DNA of 64,000 bases from Myxococcales bacterium (GCA_045863395.1 BTVJ01000029.1:1-64000); one strand, 5' to 3'; counted from the first letter of the stretch, positions 17,272-27,039 are shown. A program made the numbers and translations. The notes: generated by a model not told the origin, from the sequence alone.

Positions 17272-18888
17272 ATGAGCAAGTCACCAGCGCCAGGGCCCCC
17301 GCGAGGCTTCCTCGGGTGGGTGGAGCGGACGGGCAACCGCCTGCCAGACCCCGTGGTCATCTTCCTCATCCTGACCTTCGCGCTCATCATCGCTTCGGTG
17401 GTGGCGGCGGCGGTGGGGGTCTCGGCCCTCCACCCCACGCAGGTGGACGAGAACGGCAAGCCGGAGGTCATCCGATCCCTGAGCCTGCTGGCTTCGGAGA
17501 ACATCCGGCGCCTGTGGGTGGAGATGCCGGCCACCTTCACCCACTTCCACCCGCTGGGCTACGTGCTGGTCGTGATGCTCGGCGCCGGCGTCGCCGAGCG
17601 CTCCGGTCTCTTCGCAGCGGCCATGCGGGCCGCCGTGCGGAGCGCCCCGAGGTCCCTGCTCACCCCGGTGGTCGCGCTGGTGGCGATGATCGGCAACCAC
17701 GCGGCGGACGCTGGCTACGTGGTGCTCATCCCGCTCGCGGGCATCCTCTACGCCGTCGCCGGGCGCCACCCGCTCGCCGGGATCGCCGCCTCCTTCGCCG
17801 GGGTCTCGGGCGGCTTCTCGGCGAACATCTCCCCGGGGCAGCTCGACGCGCTCCTGTTCGGCATCACGGAGCAGGCAGTCCAGGCCTCGAAGCTCGACCC
17901 CTCGTGGCACATGAACATCGCCGGCAACTGGTACTTCATCACGGCGATGACCGTCGTCTTCCTCCCCGTGATCTGGTACGTGACGGACCGGGTCATCGAG
18001 CCTCGACTCGGCAAGTGGCAGCCCGAGGGGGACATGGCGACCATCTACGGCGCCGATCACCACCAGGCGCTGTCCGCGGACCAGCGGAAGGGGCTCACGT
18101 GGGCGGGGCTGGCGGCGCTCGCGGTGGCGGGCCTGTGGGTGTTCATGACCCTCGGCCCGGACACGCCGCTGATCCACGAGGAGGCCTGCACCCCTGAGCT
18201 GACGGCCGCGGGCCAGTGCTCCCTGCACACGCAGCTCCGCCCCATGTACTCGTCGCTGGTGGCCGCCTTCTTCCTCCTGTTCCTCGGGGCGGGCTACGCC
18301 TACGGGCTGGCGGTGAAGTCCATCGCGAACCACCGGGACCTGGTCAAGATGATGGCCGACGCGATGAAGGACATGGGCTACTACCTGGTGCTCGCCTTCG
18401 CCGCGGCCCACTTCGTCGCCATGTTCGGGTGGTCGAACCTGGGGCTGATCTCTGCGGTCCACGGCGCCCAGGCCATCCAGTCGACCGGCCTCCCGCTCGC
18501 CGCCGTGCTCGGGCTCGTCGTCCTGTTCACGGGCGCGCTCAACCTGTTCATCGGGTCGGCGAGCGCGAAGTGGGCCCTGCTCGCGCCGGTGCTCGTGCCG
18601 ATGCTCATGCTGCTCGGCGTGAGCCCGGAGGGCGCCACCGCCGCCTACCGCGTGGGCGACTCCGCGACGAACATCATCACGCCGCTGATGGTGTACTTTC
18701 CCCTGATCCTCGTGTTCGCGCAGCGGTGGCGGACGGACTTCGGGCTCGGGAGCCTGACCGCGATGATGATCCCGTACTCGGTGTGGATTCTGGTCGTCGG
18801 GCTGGCCCTGACCCTCGCCTGGGTCGCGCTCGGAGCGCCGCTCGGCCCCGACGCGAGCGTGACCTACCAGCTCCCGATGCGGGGGTAG
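17272..18888 (+). CDS. abgT: AbgT-family transporter (p-aminobenzoyl-glutamate / efflux)
   Basis: ERTGNRLPDP, GVAERSG, GRHPLAG, GVSGGFSAN, NWYF, GSASAKW, AYRVGDSATNIITPLM. Confidence 0.93.
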   Translation: MSKSPAPGPPRGFLGWVERTGNRLPDPVVIFLILTFALIIASVVAAAVGVSALHPTQVDENGKPEVIRSLSLLASENIRRLWVEMPATFTHFHPLGYVLVVMLGAGVAERSGLFAAAMRAAVRSAPRSLLTPVVALVAMIGNHAADAGYVVLIPLAGILYAVAGRHPLAGIAASFAGVSGGFSANISPGQLDALLFGITEQAVQASKLDPSWHMNIAGNWYFITAMTVVFLPVIWYVTDRVIEPRLGKWQPEGDMATIYGADHHQALSADQRKGLTWAGLAALAVAGLWVFMTLGPDTPLIHEEACTPELTAAGQCSLHTQLRPMYSSLVAAFFLLFLGAGYAYGLAVKSIANHRDLVKMMADAMKDMGYYLVLAFAAAHFVAMFGWSNLGLISAVHGAQAIQSTGLPLAAVLGLVVLFTGALNLFIGSASAKWALLAPVLVPMLMLLGVSPEGATAAYRVGDSATNIITPLMVYFPLILVFAQRWRTDFGLGSLTAMMIPYSVWILVVGLALTLAWVALGAPLGPDASVTYQLPMRG

Positions 18889-19059
18889 AGGCGCACCACC
18901 CCTGGCGGCACGCACGCACCTGCGGAAGAAGAATGCAACACCCCGTGCGCTCGGGTCGCCGAGATCGTACACTGGCCCCCACGTGAACAGTGACGGGCGG
19001 ACCCCGGTGCGGCAAGGCGCCGCTGCGGGAGCCCCCGAGTCGGGATGAGGGAGCATTGC

Positions 19060-19662
19060 ATGAAGCTGAAGGCAGCAGTCGTCGGGGCGGCGTTGGCGCT
19101 GGTCCTCGGGGGGTGTGACTCGGACAGCGACGGCGGATCCAATACGGGCGGCGGCGGGGGCGGAGGTGGAGGCAGCGACGCGGCGGCCACGGACGACTCG
19201 GGCGGCGGCGGGGCCGACGACAGCGGTGGTGGCGGAGGCGGAGGTGGTGGGGTGGCGAGCCCGCTGGCCGGCGACCCCAAGAAGCTCCACGAGTTCCTGT
19301 TCATGGACGAGTACAAGTCCTGGAGCAAGGAGTCGGCCGTCCACGACTCAGCCGCGCACAGCAAGGTCCTCGTGTTCATCAACGACGTGCTCGAGGGCTC
19401 CCTGAAGGCGGGCAACGCGTCGCACCCCATGGGGTCCATCGCGGTCAAGGAGCTCTACAAGGCGGACGGAACGACGGTCGAGGGCTGGGCGGTCATGATC
19501 AAGGGCGAGGGCACGGGTGGGGACGCCTGGTACTGGTACGAGACCAAGGATCTGACCGGCGAGAAGGACCCCATCGTGGCGGACTACGGCGCGTCGTCGT
19601 GCACGGGCTGCCACGCGTCCGGGGGCTCCGACTTCTTCAAGACGCCCTACCCCCTCCAGTAG
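19060..19662 (+). CDS. Cytochrome P460-family lipoprotein
   Basis: Lipobox LGGC; Gly-rich tether; PMGSIAVKELY, WAVMIK, WYWYE; C-terminal CTGCH heme motif. Confidence 0.82.
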   Translation: MKLKAAVVGAALALVLGGCDSDSDGGSNTGGGGGGGGGSDAAATDDSGGGGADDSGGGGGGGGGVASPLAGDPKKLHEFLFMDEYKSWSKESAVHDSAAHSKVLVFINDVLEGSLKAGNASHPMGSIAVKELYKADGTTVEGWAVMIKGEGTGGDAWYWYETKDLTGEKDPIVADYGASSCTGCHASGGSDFFKTPYPLQ

Positions 19663-19673
19663 AGCCGGGGCCC

Positions 19674-20855
19674 TCAGACCCCGGGCCCCTCCAGGTCGCG
19701 GGCGCCTCCGAACGCCGCCACCCGCTCCAGCGCCCCCCGCAGCGCCGCCCGTCGCGCCTTCGTAGCCTTGACACCCGGCTCCCAGTGGAGCGCCTTGACC
19801 TCCAGCACCCGCCGAGCCCGGTGGAGCTTGGCGTCGAGGCGCCCGACGAGGCGGTCCCCCTCCAGCAGCGGCATGACGTAGTAGCCGTACCTGCGCTTCG
19901 GGGCCGGCGTGAACGCCTCGAAGCGGTAGTCGAAGGCAAAGCGGCGCAGTGCGCGATCCCGGTCACGGAGAATCGGATCGAAGGGGCTCAGGAGCCGCAT
20001 CCCGGGCGCAGGCTCCGGGAGCGCGCGCCAGGTCTCCTGCCACTCCGCCGTGGCGAAGGCCTCCTGGGGCGCCGACCCGTCCGCGGCCTCAACGACCACG
20101 GGCACCACCCTCTCCTCCGCGGCTGCGCGCTCGCACCACCGGCGGGCGGTCGCCGTGTCGACATGCGCGAAGTACCCCGCGAGCTCCCGCGGCGTGAACA
20201 CGGCGAGGCGCTCGGCGGCGGTGGCGCAGGCCCACTCGGTCCAGGCCCGCAGGTCGGGCGCAGGCGCGGCGTGGGCCGCGGGGAGCACCCTCTCGGGCAG
20301 GTCGTAGCGCTTGTGGAAGCCGACCCGACCGCTCACGGCGAGGCGCCCGATACGCCAGAGATAGTCGAGGGCCGCCTTCTGGGGCTTCCAGGACCACCAG
20401 GTGCCGCGCTTCTCCGGGTGCTCGAAGTCGGCGCTGCCGAGGGGACCCTCCCGCTCGATGCGCTCGAGGACGTGCTCGCAGACCGCATCACAGGAGTCGC
20501 CGAGCAGGCTCCTCCACCACGCGTTGGCGCGAATGCGCGCGTCATCTCGCATGAAGCGGGGTTTCCACCACCCGTACCACCGGGTGGGGATCAGCGAGGC
20601 GTCGTGGGTGAAGCCCTCGAAGAGCGAGCGCTGGGACTCTGTCAGCGCGGCGAGCTCTGCGGGCCGGTAGCTCGGTCGCCGCGCGAGCAGGGTCAGATCG
20701 TGGGCGTGGGCGACGACCCGGATGCTGTCGAGCTGCACGAAGCCCAGGCGCTCGACGAGCCCCAGCAGGTCGCCGCCGTGCGGTTCGAGCAGCGCCTGGG
20801 CGCCCAGGAACAGGCGCCGCGCCTCGGCGGCGGAGATGCAGGGTCTGGCGGTCAT
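19674..20855 (-). CDS. ycaQ: YcaQ/AlkZ (HTH_42) family crosslink-repair DNA glycosylase
   Basis: LGFVQLDSI (QxD catalytic motif), HDASLIP, RYDLPERVLP, LLSPFDP, FDYRFEAFTPAPKRRYGYY. ATGA overlap with the upstream gene. Confidence 0.9.
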   Translation of the reverse strand: MTARPCISAAEARRLFLGAQALLEPHGGDLLGLVERLGFVQLDSIRVVAHAHDLTLLARRPSYRPAELAALTESQRSLFEGFTHDASLIPTRWYGWWKPRFMRDDARIRANAWWRSLLGDSCDAVCEHVLERIEREGPLGSADFEHPEKRGTWWSWKPQKAALDYLWRIGRLAVSGRVGFHKRYDLPERVLPAAHAAPAPDLRAWTEWACATAAERLAVFTPRELAGYFAHVDTATARRWCERAAAEERVVPVVVEAADGSAPQEAFATAEWQETWRALPEPAPGMRLLSPFDPILRDRDRALRRFAFDYRFEAFTPAPKRRYGYYVMPLLEGDRLVGRLDAKLHRARRVLEVKALHWEPGVKATKARRAALRGALERVAAFGGARDLEGPGV

Positions 20856-21775
20856 GTCGTCGCTTCGGGAGGAGGCTTGGGCGCCCACGGCCGCTCCTCC
20901 AGCTCGGCGATGGTCCGAGGCCAGTCCTGCTTGAGCAGGCGCGACAGGGCCCGGTCTGCGAGCAGGCGCCCATCCGTCTGGCAGCGGGGGCAGTAGTTGG
21001 TCTCGTTGTCGGCGTAGCGGATGCGCTGCACGGTGGTCCCGCACGCCGGGCATGGCTGGCCGTAGCGCCCGTGGACGGCCATCTCCGGCCGAAAGGCCGT
21101 CACCTTCTGGGGAAAACCACCGCCGGTCTCGTGTCGGAGCCGCGCAGTCCACTCCGCCAGGACGGTGATCGTCGCCTCACGTAGCCGTCGCAGCTCTTCG
21201 GGAGACAGGGTCCCCGTGAGCCGCACGGGAGACAGGCGAGCGCGGTGCAGGATCTCGTCGGAGCAGGCATTCCCGATGCCCGAGAGCAGGCGGGGGTCCG
21301 TCAGCGCGCGCTTCAGGGTGTGGTTCTCCCGGGTGAGGGCGTCCCAGAAGACCTGGGGTTCGCACTCCAAGGGCTCCACGCCTCCGCGATGGAGCGCCGC
21401 GAGCCCCTCGCTGCGAACGACGTGCAGCGACGCCCGCCGCTTCGTCCCGGCCTCCGTCAGGATCAGCGTCCCGGTGCCAAAGTCGAAGGCTGCGAGGCCG
21501 ACGCGACCAGGGATGGCGGCCCCTGGGGTCTCCCACCGGAGACGGCCCGCGACCATCAGGTGGATGACCAGGTGGAGATCTCCCTCCAGCGCCAGGTCAA
21601 TGCGCTTGGCCAGGCGCCCCACGGAGACCACCCGGCGGCCGGTGGCCAGGTCGAGGGGAGGCTCGACGGTGCGCAGGAGGAAGGGGCTCGCCAGGCGGAC
21701 CCCCACGAGCGAGGCGCCGACCGCGCGCGCCGCGAGCGCCTCCACGTAGACGGTGATGTCGGGGAGCTCCGGCAT
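20852..21775 (-). CDS. Fpg/Nei-family DNA glycosylase/AP lyase
   Basis: N-terminal MPELPD, HLMVAGR, H2TH GIGNACSDEIL, zinc finger CPAC...CPRC. Confidence 0.93.
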   Translation of the reverse strand: MPELPDITVYVEALAARAVGASLVGVRLASPFLLRTVEPPLDLATGRRVVSVGRLAKRIDLALEGDLHLVIHLMVAGRLRWETPGAAIPGRVGLAAFDFGTGTLILTEAGTKRRASLHVVRSEGLAALHRGGVEPLECEPQVFWDALTRENHTLKRALTDPRLLSGIGNACSDEILHRARLSPVRLTGTLSPEELRRLREATITVLAEWTARLRHETGGGFPQKVTAFRPEMAVHGRYGQPCPACGTTVQRIRYADNETNYCPRCQTDGRLLADRALSRLLKQDWPRTIAELEERPWAPKPPPEATT

Positions 21776-21782
21776 GGGGCAG

Positions 21783-21791
21783 ACGGTAGCA
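21783..21791 (-). promoter_or_regulatory. Extended -10 element suggesting a leaderless fpg-ycaQ transcript
   Basis: Minus strand TGcTACCGT 7 nt before the ATG, with no SD. Confidence 0.4.
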
Positions 21792-22011
21792 CCGTGGGCG
21801 CGTCCCTGTCACCCGCGGGGTGGGCCTGCCCTGGCGATCACACGTTGCGTCTCGCGGCCCCGTCAGCGGGACGCTCAGCCCGGACGGGCGGCAGGCGAGC
21901 GCGGGTGCCGGCGGGGCCGCTCCAGCAGCCGGCGAACGCGCGGAGGCCACCCGCCCAGCCCTGTGAGTCGTCCCGGCGTCTCCGTGAGCGCCTCCGCTCG
22001 CCGATGTGACG

Positions 22012-22040
22012 TTGACTTCCCGGCGGCGGTCTCGTAGCGT
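22012..22040 (+). promoter_or_regulatory. Putative sigma70 promoter
   Basis: TTGACT-17 nt-TAGCGT upstream of the NTF2 gene. Confidence 0.5.
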
Positions 22041-22075
22041 CGCCCCACCGACGACGCCACAGGAGATCCGCCGCC

Positions 22076-22588
22076 ATGAGCCACCCACCACCCCTCGACC
22101 GCGACGCCACCGCGGTGGCCTACGCTCGCCACCGCCGGGTCCACGAGGCCGGCGACTGGGAGGGGCTGGGGGCGCTGTTCGCGGAGGACGCCCGGTACTT
22201 CGACCCCTTCTTCGGGTGGCACGAGGGCCAGCCCGCCATCGCGGCCTTCCTGCGGCGCAGCATGGCGGGGCTCGAGGGGTGGACGTTCCCCATCCAGTGG
22301 CACGTCGCGGGCGAGGGGCGGGTCGTCGTGCGGTGGCTCAATCGCCTCCCCGGCCGCCGCCCGGACGGCTCCCCGTTCGAGTTTCCCGGAATGTCGGTGA
22401 TCACCTTCGGGCCCGGCGGCGCGATCACCGAGCAGCAGGATCTCTACGACCGCTTCGAGGCGCTCCAGACGGTGCTGGGCGCGCGGACCGGCGCGGTCGG
22501 GCGCGCCGCCGGGTGGTGCTGGAGCCGCGTCGGCGCCATCCTCGCCGAGCTGAGTCACCGGGCGGTGGCGTCGTCCGAGCGGCGCTGA
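22076..22588 (+). CDS. SnoaL/NTF2-like protein
   Basis: AGGAG RBS; LFAEDARYFDP, GQPAIAAFL, FEFPGMSV, ITEQQDLYD. Confidence 0.85.
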   Translation: MSHPPPLDRDATAVAYARHRRVHEAGDWEGLGALFAEDARYFDPFFGWHEGQPAIAAFLRRSMAGLEGWTFPIQWHVAGEGRVVVRWLNRLPGRRPDGSPFEFPGMSVITFGPGGAITEQQDLYDRFEALQTVLGARTGAVGRAAGWCWSRVGAILAELSHRAVASSERR

Positions 22589-22754
22589 GGAGAGACCGCG
22601 GAGCGGGGCGACGCTCAGGGATCGCAATCGGCGTTCATCCAGCAGAGTGACGCCGCGTCCAGACCGCGGGCGAGCACCGCGCGTTTGTGACGGCCATCGG
22701 CAAACGGACCGCCCGAGACCTTCCGGCCCCGTGACAACACGAGGAGGCGCGAGC

Positions 22755-23186
22755 ATGGACGTGGAGCACAAGAGCAAGGTGGACTGGTGGATCGGGCTCC
22801 TCCTCGTGTGGGTGGCCATCGCGCCGCTGGTCGTCATCGGCGCGTCGGTCCAGCCCGGGCGGTCCTATGACGTGGTGCCGGGCGTGATCTCCCTGCTGGT
22901 GGCCTGGGGGATCCTCGGAGGCCTGGTCTTCCCGATGCGCTACACCCTGACCCGCGACGCCCTGCTCGTTCGCTTCGGGCTCGTGCGCGTCCGGGTCCCC
23001 TACGACCGCATCCGCACCGTGGCCGCATCGAGCAACCCGCTCAGCTCCCCCGCCCTCTCGCTCAAGCGGGTCCGCATCGACTACGACAAGCCCAACGGGA
23101 AGGGGACCTTCGTGCTCGTGTCTCCGCAGGACCGCGACGGCTTCATTCGGGAGCTGCGGCGGAGGGCCGGCATCGAGGCCGCCTGA
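22755..23186 (+). CDS. Membrane protein with bacterial PH domain
   Basis: GAGGAGG RBS; SKVDWW, two TMs, SSPALSLKRVRIDY, LVSPQDRDGF. Confidence 0.85.
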   Translation: MDVEHKSKVDWWIGLLLVWVAIAPLVVIGASVQPGRSYDVVPGVISLLVAWGILGGLVFPMRYTLTRDALLVRFGLVRVRVPYDRIRTVAASSNPLSSPALSLKRVRIDYDKPNGKGTFVLVSPQDRDGFIRELRRRAGIEAA

Positions 23187-23246
23187 CTCAAGGGGAGGGG
23201 CGCCGCAGCCCGCGAGGCCCCCGACCGGAGCGCGGAGTGGCCGGGG

Positions 23247-23274
23247 TTGACGGGGGCGCCGGAGCGGTCATACT
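23247..23274 (+). promoter_or_regulatory. Putative sigma70 promoter for the small ORF/kinase-STAND unit
   Basis: TTGACG-16 nt-CATACT. Confidence 0.5.
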
Positions 23275-23335
23275 CAGCCCCATCGGAGCTGCCGACACGT
23301 TGATCGCTCGCGCTCGACGCGGGAGGACGTGCCCC

Positions 23336-23500
23336 ATGGTCGCCACGGATCCGCAGATCACGAACCGGCCGGCGTGCCCCGTCGATACGACCACCCAGAG
23401 CCCCACCCTGGTCCAATGGCTGACGCTGTCGGCGCTGGCCAAGCCTCTTGAAGCCGCGCCTGCCGCCGCCATCGACCGGCCGCCGGTGCCCCGTCTCTGA
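23336..23500 (+). CDS. Small hypothetical ORF (54 aa) translationally coupled to the kinase-STAND gene
   Basis: GGGAGG RBS, ATG 23336; its TGA overlaps the next ATG (TGATG). Confidence 0.5.
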   Translation: MVATDPQITNRPACPVDTTTQSPTLVQWLTLSALAKPLEAAPAAAIDRPPVPRL

Positions 23501-26500
23501 TGTATCCGCGACCCCCACAAGGCGCCAGCCCCAGCGGGACCACCCTCGGCGCCGCCGAAGCTCCACTGGTGGATGAGCGCGGGGCAGTCCTCGCCGCCGG
23601 AGAGCGCGTCGACGGCTTCGAGGTGAAGCGCCTGCTCGGGCAGGGCGGCATGGGGTGCGTGTACCTGGCCCGGGACGTGCGCCTCGGGCGCCTGGTCGCG
23701 CTCAAGCTCATTCTGCCGAGCCGCATCACGCCCGAGCGGACCCAGCGCTTTCTGGAAGAGGCCCGCATCACCGCGCGGTTCAGCCACCCGCACATCGTCA
23801 TCGTCCACGCCCTCGGGCAGGTGCGCGGGCAGCCGTACATCGCCCTGGAGTACCTGGACGGGTCCAACCTGCGGAGCCGCCTCGATGCGGGGCGCCCGTC
23901 CGTCGTACAGGCCTGCCGGTGGGGCCTCGCCATCGGTCGCGCTCTGAGCGCCGCCCACGCCCACGGCGTGCTGCACTGCGACCTGAAGCCCGACAACGTC
24001 GTGCTGCCGTGTGATGGGCGGCTGCGGGTCGTCGACTTCGGGCTCGCCCAGGCGCTCGACCCGGGGGGCGGGGCGTCCCGGCTCGGCGGGACTCCCAAGT
24101 ACATGGCGCCCGAGCAGTGGGCGGGGAGGAGACTGACCCCCGCCACCGACGTGTGGGCGCTCGGGCTGATGCTCGCCGAGATGTTCGCAGGGCGGCACCC
24201 GCTCGACGGCCAGGCGACTGACCCGGAGGACGTGCCCACGCTGCTCGCGGACCTGTCCCGCGTGGACCTCGGCGCCTGCCCGGAGCCCGTGGCACACCTC
24301 GTCCGGCGCTGCCTGTCGGTGGACCCGGCCGGCAGACCCCACCTGGAGGAGGTGGAGGCGACGCTGGCGGGCCCCGTGGAGCACACGGCACCAAGCAGCC
24401 GCGTCAACGACTGCCCCTTCCCGGGGCTGCTCCCCTACGACGCCCAGCACTCTACGGTCTTCTTCGGGCGCGAGGGCGAGGTGGACGCGTTCATCGAGCG
24501 CATGCGCACCGAGACCGTGCTGCCCGTGGTCGGGCCATCGGGGGCGGGGAAGAGCTCGTTCGTGCGCGCTGGCGTGGTGCCCCGACTCCAGGAGGAGGGC
24601 GCCTGGGCCCTCCTCGTCATGCGGCCGGGCGTGCGGCCCCTGCGGACGCTGGCAGCGCGCGTCGTCGCCTTGGAGTCTGGCCGCTCGCGGGACAGCGTCG
24701 TCGATGACGCAACGGACCCGGTCGACGCGCTCGAGGCGCGCCTTCGCGCAAAACCCGGGAGCCTCGCCGTCGAGCTGGAGCGGGTCGCCCGGGTGTGCCG
24801 CTCCAGAGTCCTGGTCTTCGTCGACCAGGCGGAGGAGGCGTGCACCCAGGCGGACCCCGCCACCCGAGACGCCTTCCTGACGGCGCTGTGCCAGGGCGCG
24901 GACGACCCGGAGTCTCCGGTGCGGGTGATCTTCACGGCCCGCGACGACTTCCTGGGGAAGCTCGCGGCGACGCCCGCCATGCAGTCCGCCCTGAGCCGCG
25001 TCACCGTCCTGCGGCGCCTGGACGAGGCGGCGCTGCGCCAGATCGTGGAAGGCCCGCTGGCACGGACCCACCACGCGTGGGACGACCCCGCGGTGGTGGA
25101 CGACATGGTCCGCGAGCTCCTCGACGAGCCCGCCGGGCTGCCGCTGCTCCAGTTCGCGTGCCGCAGCCTGTGGGACCAGCGCGACAAGGGGCGGAGGCTC
25201 CTCCTCCGAGCACGGTACGAGGCCATGGGCGGCCTGGGCGGAGCGCTGGCGCAGCACGCCGACGGGGTCCTCGACGCCATGACGGAGCAGGAGCGCAACG
25301 CCTCCCGCTCCTTGCTGCTGCGCCTCTCCACACCTCAGGGGAACCGGCGCGTCGTCTCTCGGGCCGACGCCCTCCGCGACCTCGGCGAGGCGGGAGAGGT
25401 CGCCGCAGAGCGCCTCCTCGCCGCACGCCTGCTGGTCGGGAGGCGCGCGGGGGGCGAGGCGGCCCTGGAGGTGGCCCACGAGGCGCTCCTGAGGGCGTGG
25501 CCCCGCGTCCTGCGCTGGGTGGAGGAGAGCCGGGAGGAGCGCGTCCTCCTCGAGGAGCTCAGCCAGGCGGCGGCGCTCTGGACAGCGCGGGGAGGTCGCG
25601 ACGACCAGGCGCTGGCGGGAGATGCCCTCGCCGATGCCCTGCGCCGCATCGCTCGGCTAGGAGTGGCGGTGCCGGACGACGTCCAGGCCCTCCTGGCCGC
25701 AGGCGCTCGATCCGAGCAGCGGGCCCGCAGGAAGCGCCGCCTGATTCTCGGGGGGGCCCTCGCCTCCCTGACCGCCATCGCCATCGTCTCCACCGTGGTC
25801 GCGGCGGCATTCGCAGAGCGCGAGCGGCAGGCGCTGGAGCAGTCTCGGGCCATCGCGCTGGCGACGGGAGACGTCGGCGTGTTCGACCTGGAGCTGCTGC
25901 CCTTCGACTGGGACCCCGCGACCCTGCGCGCCACGGAGGTCTCGGCGGAGGCGCTACCGGAGCTGTCCGTCTCTCTTCATGCCCCCGACCCGACCGACCG
26001 CACCCTCCCGGGCGACCCGGTCCCCGAGGCCAGCATCGCGCGAGAGCGGCTCCCGGTGGCCGGCTGGCACGAGCGCATCGAGGCGCGCTCCGGCGCGGCG
26101 TGGATCCGCATTGACGGGCGAGGGAGGGCCGGCGACTCCTGTGGCCCCTCCTGGGTGTTCGTGCAGGCGCTTCCAGGCTTCGCCGACCGGGCCACGCCAC
26201 AGAAGATGGCCCTCCACGTTCCGACCTGCGCGGCGACCCTTGCCGGGACCCTGCCCGTGCCGGGGGGGCCCGTCATCCTCGCCGGCCCGGGAGACCCACC
26301 CATCCGGCGGCGCGAGAACGTGCGCCCCGAGGAGGTCCGAGACCTGCCGTCGTTTCGCCTCGACGCCACCGAGGTGACCAACGCCCAGCTCGCCCTCTAT
26401 CTGGAGATGGCCCCATTGACGGGCGCTCGACGCTCCATCGGGGCCCGCGTCGCGCAGCTCCAGGCGGCGCAGGATCCAGACCGCCCCGCCACCCAGCTCA

Positions 26501-26946
26501 CGGCCTACGATGCCGAGGCCCTCTGCCGCTTCCTCGGCAAGCGCCTCCCCACCTCCGATGAGTGGGCGAAGGCCGTCCGAGGCGGGATTCACCTCGCAGG
26601 GACTCTCAACCCCATGCCTCGCCGGCCCACCCCGTGGGGTACCCTGGAGACGACGCGCCGGGCAAACCTGCTCGGGGACGGGGACGGCTTCGACGGCGTG
26701 GCTCCTGCTGGCAGCTTCCTAGCCGGACAGGGCCCATACGGCCACCTCGACCTGGCAGGCAATGTCGGAGAGTGGACGGCCACCCCCGTCGACGGCGCCG
26801 ACCGCCACGGCATGCGCGTGATCCGAGGAGACTCCTGGGCCGACGACCCGCAGTTGGAGGGATACGTAGAGCCATTCCGCAACTCCCGGGACCCTCGCTA
26901 CCTCTCGTTCGATCTGGGGGTCCGGTGTGCCGTGGACGGACCGTGA
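23500..26946 (+). CDS. Ser/Thr kinase - nSTAND1 NTPase - TM - FGE-sulfatase (SUMF1/CLec-fold) multidomain protein
   Basis: GQGGMG, VALK, HCDLKPDN, DFG, YMAPE; CPFPGL...FFGRE, Walker A GPSGAGKSS, Walker B FVDQAEE, LPLLQF, VAHEALLRAW; TM after RRKRR; TEVTNAQ, RLPTSDEW, DLAGNVGEW, LGVRC. Confidence 0.92.
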   Translation: MYPRPPQGASPSGTTLGAAEAPLVDERGAVLAAGERVDGFEVKRLLGQGGMGCVYLARDVRLGRLVALKLILPSRITPERTQRFLEEARITARFSHPHIVIVHALGQVRGQPYIALEYLDGSNLRSRLDAGRPSVVQACRWGLAIGRALSAAHAHGVLHCDLKPDNVVLPCDGRLRVVDFGLAQALDPGGGASRLGGTPKYMAPEQWAGRRLTPATDVWALGLMLAEMFAGRHPLDGQATDPEDVPTLLADLSRVDLGACPEPVAHLVRRCLSVDPAGRPHLEEVEATLAGPVEHTAPSSRVNDCPFPGLLPYDAQHSTVFFGREGEVDAFIERMRTETVLPVVGPSGAGKSSFVRAGVVPRLQEEGAWALLVMRPGVRPLRTLAARVVALESGRSRDSVVDDATDPVDALEARLRAKPGSLAVELERVARVCRSRVLVFVDQAEEACTQADPATRDAFLTALCQGADDPESPVRVIFTARDDFLGKLAATPAMQSALSRVTVLRRLDEAALRQIVEGPLARTHHAWDDPAVVDDMVRELLDEPAGLPLLQFACRSLWDQRDKGRRLLLRARYEAMGGLGGALAQHADGVLDAMTEQERNASRSLLLRLSTPQGNRRVVSRADALRDLGEAGEVAAERLLAARLLVGRRAGGEAALEVAHEALLRAWPRVLRWVEESREERVLLEELSQAAALWTARGGRDDQALAGDALADALRRIARLGVAVPDDVQALLAAGARSEQRARRKRRLILGGALASLTAIAIVSTVVAAAFAERERQALEQSRAIALATGDVGVFDLELLPFDWDPATLRATEVSAEALPELSVSLHAPDPTDRTLPGDPVPEASIARERLPVAGWHERIEARSGAAWIRIDGRGRAGDSCGPSWVFVQALPGFADRATPQKMALHVPTCAATLAGTLPVPGGPVILAGPGDPPIRRRENVRPEEVRDLPSFRLDATEVTNAQLALYLEMAPLTGARRSIGARVAQLQAAQDPDRPATQLTAYDAEALCRFLGKRLPTSDEWAKAVRGGIHLAGTLNPMPRRPTPWGTLETTRRANLLGDGDGFDGVAPAGSFLAGQGPYGHLDLAGNVGEWTATPVDGADRHGMRVIRGDSWADDPQLEGYVEPFRNSRDPRYLSFDLGVRCAVDGP

Positions 26947-27039
26947 AAGGGTATTGACGTCCAGTCCGTGGCATGCGACGTTCGACTCTTCCTAGGGTTC
27001 TCAAACTACCAGATGGACCTGCCGAAGACGGAGGCGTCG

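Noticed and set aside
21792..22011. ncRNA or small ORF in the fpg-NTF2 intergenic gap
   Set aside because: No convincing stem pattern, RBS or coding bias.
26969..26985. Sigma54 promoter TGGCATG-N4-GTTC
   Set aside because: The conserved -12 GC is absent.
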